Part shown: in pieces, positions 63,228 to 64,000 of the stretch
Layout: each line of letters starts with the position of its first letter
Position numbering within the stretch: the first letter of the stretch is position 1
NCBI GenBank assembly: GCA_041394265.1
Contig: JAWKIO010000005.1
Coordinates: 925,976-989,975, forward strand
DNA: 64,000 nucleotides
Reading direction: 5' to 3'
Source: Acidimicrobiales bacterium
GTDB lineage: Bacteria > Actinomycetota > Acidimicrobiia > Acidimicrobiales > SZUA-35
Made by a program: the position numbers and the translations under genes
Notes under the pieces: model-generated
What the model was told of the DNA's origin: nothing
Seen by the model: only the letters and a program-made list of their open reading frames with translations
Database searches by the model: none

Positions 63228-63758
63228 ATGCACGTCGTGCTCGTCCATCCCGAAATCGCCCCGAACACGGGCAACATCATCCGCCTGTGCGCCAACGCCG
63301 GACTCCACCTCCATCTGGTGGAACCGCTGGGGTTCTCGCTCGATGAACGATCGCTGCGACGCGCCGGGCTCGACTACCACGAGCTGGTGGACGTGTCGGT
63401 GCACGCGAACCTCGACGCGGCCCGCCACCACCTGCCCGGACGCTGGTTCGCCTTCTCCTCATCGGGTATCACCCGGTACAGCGACATCGAGTACCAGACC
63501 GACGACGTGCTGGTGTTCGGCGCCGAACGAACGGGCCTGCCCGCGACCGTGCTGGAGGCCCTCTCGCCCGAGCGGATCCTCACGATTCCGATGGTGGCAG
63601 GCAACCGCAGCCTGAACCTCGCCAATGCCGTAGCGATCGTCGTCTATGAGGCGTGGCGGCAGCGAAACTTTCTTGGATCTGTCGTCCCCGCGCCGTCATC
63701 CGGCCAGGTCAGGGGACTCACCTCGGAATCGCCGGGCTCGACGCCCTTCGATGGCTGA
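63228..63758 (+). CDS. trmL: tRNA (cytidine/uridine-2'-O-)-methyltransferase TrmL (SpoU family)
   Basis: MHVVLVHPEIAPNTGNIIRLCANAG...LVFGAERTGLP...IPMVAGNRSLNLANAVAIVVYEAWRQ matches TrmL/YibK throughout. Confidence 0.85.
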   Translation: MHVVLVHPEIAPNTGNIIRLCANAGLHLHLVEPLGFSLDERSLRRAGLDYHELVDVSVHANLDAARHHLPGRWFAFSSSGITRYSDIEYQTDDVLVFGAERTGLPATVLEALSPERILTIPMVAGNRSLNLANAVAIVVYEAWRQRNFLGSVVPAPSSGQVRGLTSESPGSTPFDG

Positions 63759-63822
63759 ACCGGGCGCGTCAGGGATCGGCGAGATGCAAGGTACGCTCTC
63801 CCGTGGCAGCCCCAGGTGACCG

Positions 63823-64000
63823 ATGTCTCTTTCCCAGTTCAGCAACGACCCCGGCTCGGCCGAGTCGCAGCACGCCCCGGTGCCCGAGACCATCGTGGGC
63901 GAACTGCACGTCCACGAGGTACCGACGCGACGTGCGAGCAACGGACCGGTCGGCGTCATCGACTACGTCTACGACTTCCATCCCGGCCGGGTAGCGGTAC
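63823..64000 (+). CDS. hypothetical protein, N-terminal fragment (runs off the right edge)
   Basis: ATG 63823 opens a frame with no stop to the window end (MSLSQFSNDPGSAESQHAPVPETIVGELHVHEVPTRRASNGPVGVIDYVYDFHPGRVAV). Third codon positions are mostly G/C. No family recognised. Confidence 0.4.
   Translation, partial: MSLSQFSNDPGSAESQHAPVPETIVGELHVHEVPTRRASNGPVGVIDYVYDFHPGRVAV

Noticed and set aside
1-64000. Search for mobile elements, prophage, defence systems, toxin-antitoxin pairs, and rRNA/tRNA/tmRNA genes
   Set aside because: I recognised no transposase, integrase, recombinase, Cas, restriction or toxin motifs in any frame. No tRNA-like T-arm (GGTTCGAATCC-type) occurs in the few intergenic gaps. 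Apart from the AT-rich patches already reported, I saw no compositional island suggesting a mobile element. The window looks like core or accessory chromosome rather than a mobile island.

Overview
High-GC (by eye roughly two-thirds G+C) actinobacterial-type chromosomal segment. It is very gene-dense (about 60 CDS, many start/stop overlaps). I saw no rRNA, tRNA, CRISPR array, transposase, integrase or phage genes. Left to right: a nearly complete large NAD-glutamate dehydrogenase that runs off the left edge and is absent from the ORF track; a Na/Pi cotransporter plus PhoU-like pair; a DUF2510-AIM24 protein; a P450-SDR operon; assorted housekeeping and accessory enzymes and MFS transporters; a conserved actinobacterial cluster of unknown function (DUF4178 / DUF2617 / DUF4247 / DUF350 / membrane-anchored spermidine-synthase-like); a LuxR-type two-component system next to MMPL, acyl-CoA synthetase and sulfatase genes; dps; a rhodanese-cupin-dienelactone hydrolase operon; otsB; pstSCAB; an amidase-SDR-O-methyltransferase operon; a ROK regulator divergent from a seven-gene mrpABCDEFG cation/proton antiporter operon; and a secreted M15 peptidase, a secreted nuclease and trmL. 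The strongest finding is two paralogous GrdB/PrdB-family genes (29522-30442 plus strand, 47597-48823 minus strand). The ORF track splits each into two ORFs at an in-frame TGA located at the homologous position, giving L-x-P-V-U-P-x-C. This is the signature expected of Sec-x-x-Cys selenoproteins; one copy has a hairpin starting 11 nt after the UGA. Other observations: PHO-box-like direct repeats upstream of the Na/Pi transporter and pstS; an 11-bp-arm palindrome over the promoter and start of a membrane-protein/wHTH operon; a 30-bp tandem repeat that re-copies the stop-codon region of the AIM24-like gene in frame; a 384-bp GC-poor non-coding island with three perfect hairpins; and a ~25% GC island with phased TATTTTAT repeats in front of mrp. 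All functional calls rest on motif recognition by eye; no database search was possible.
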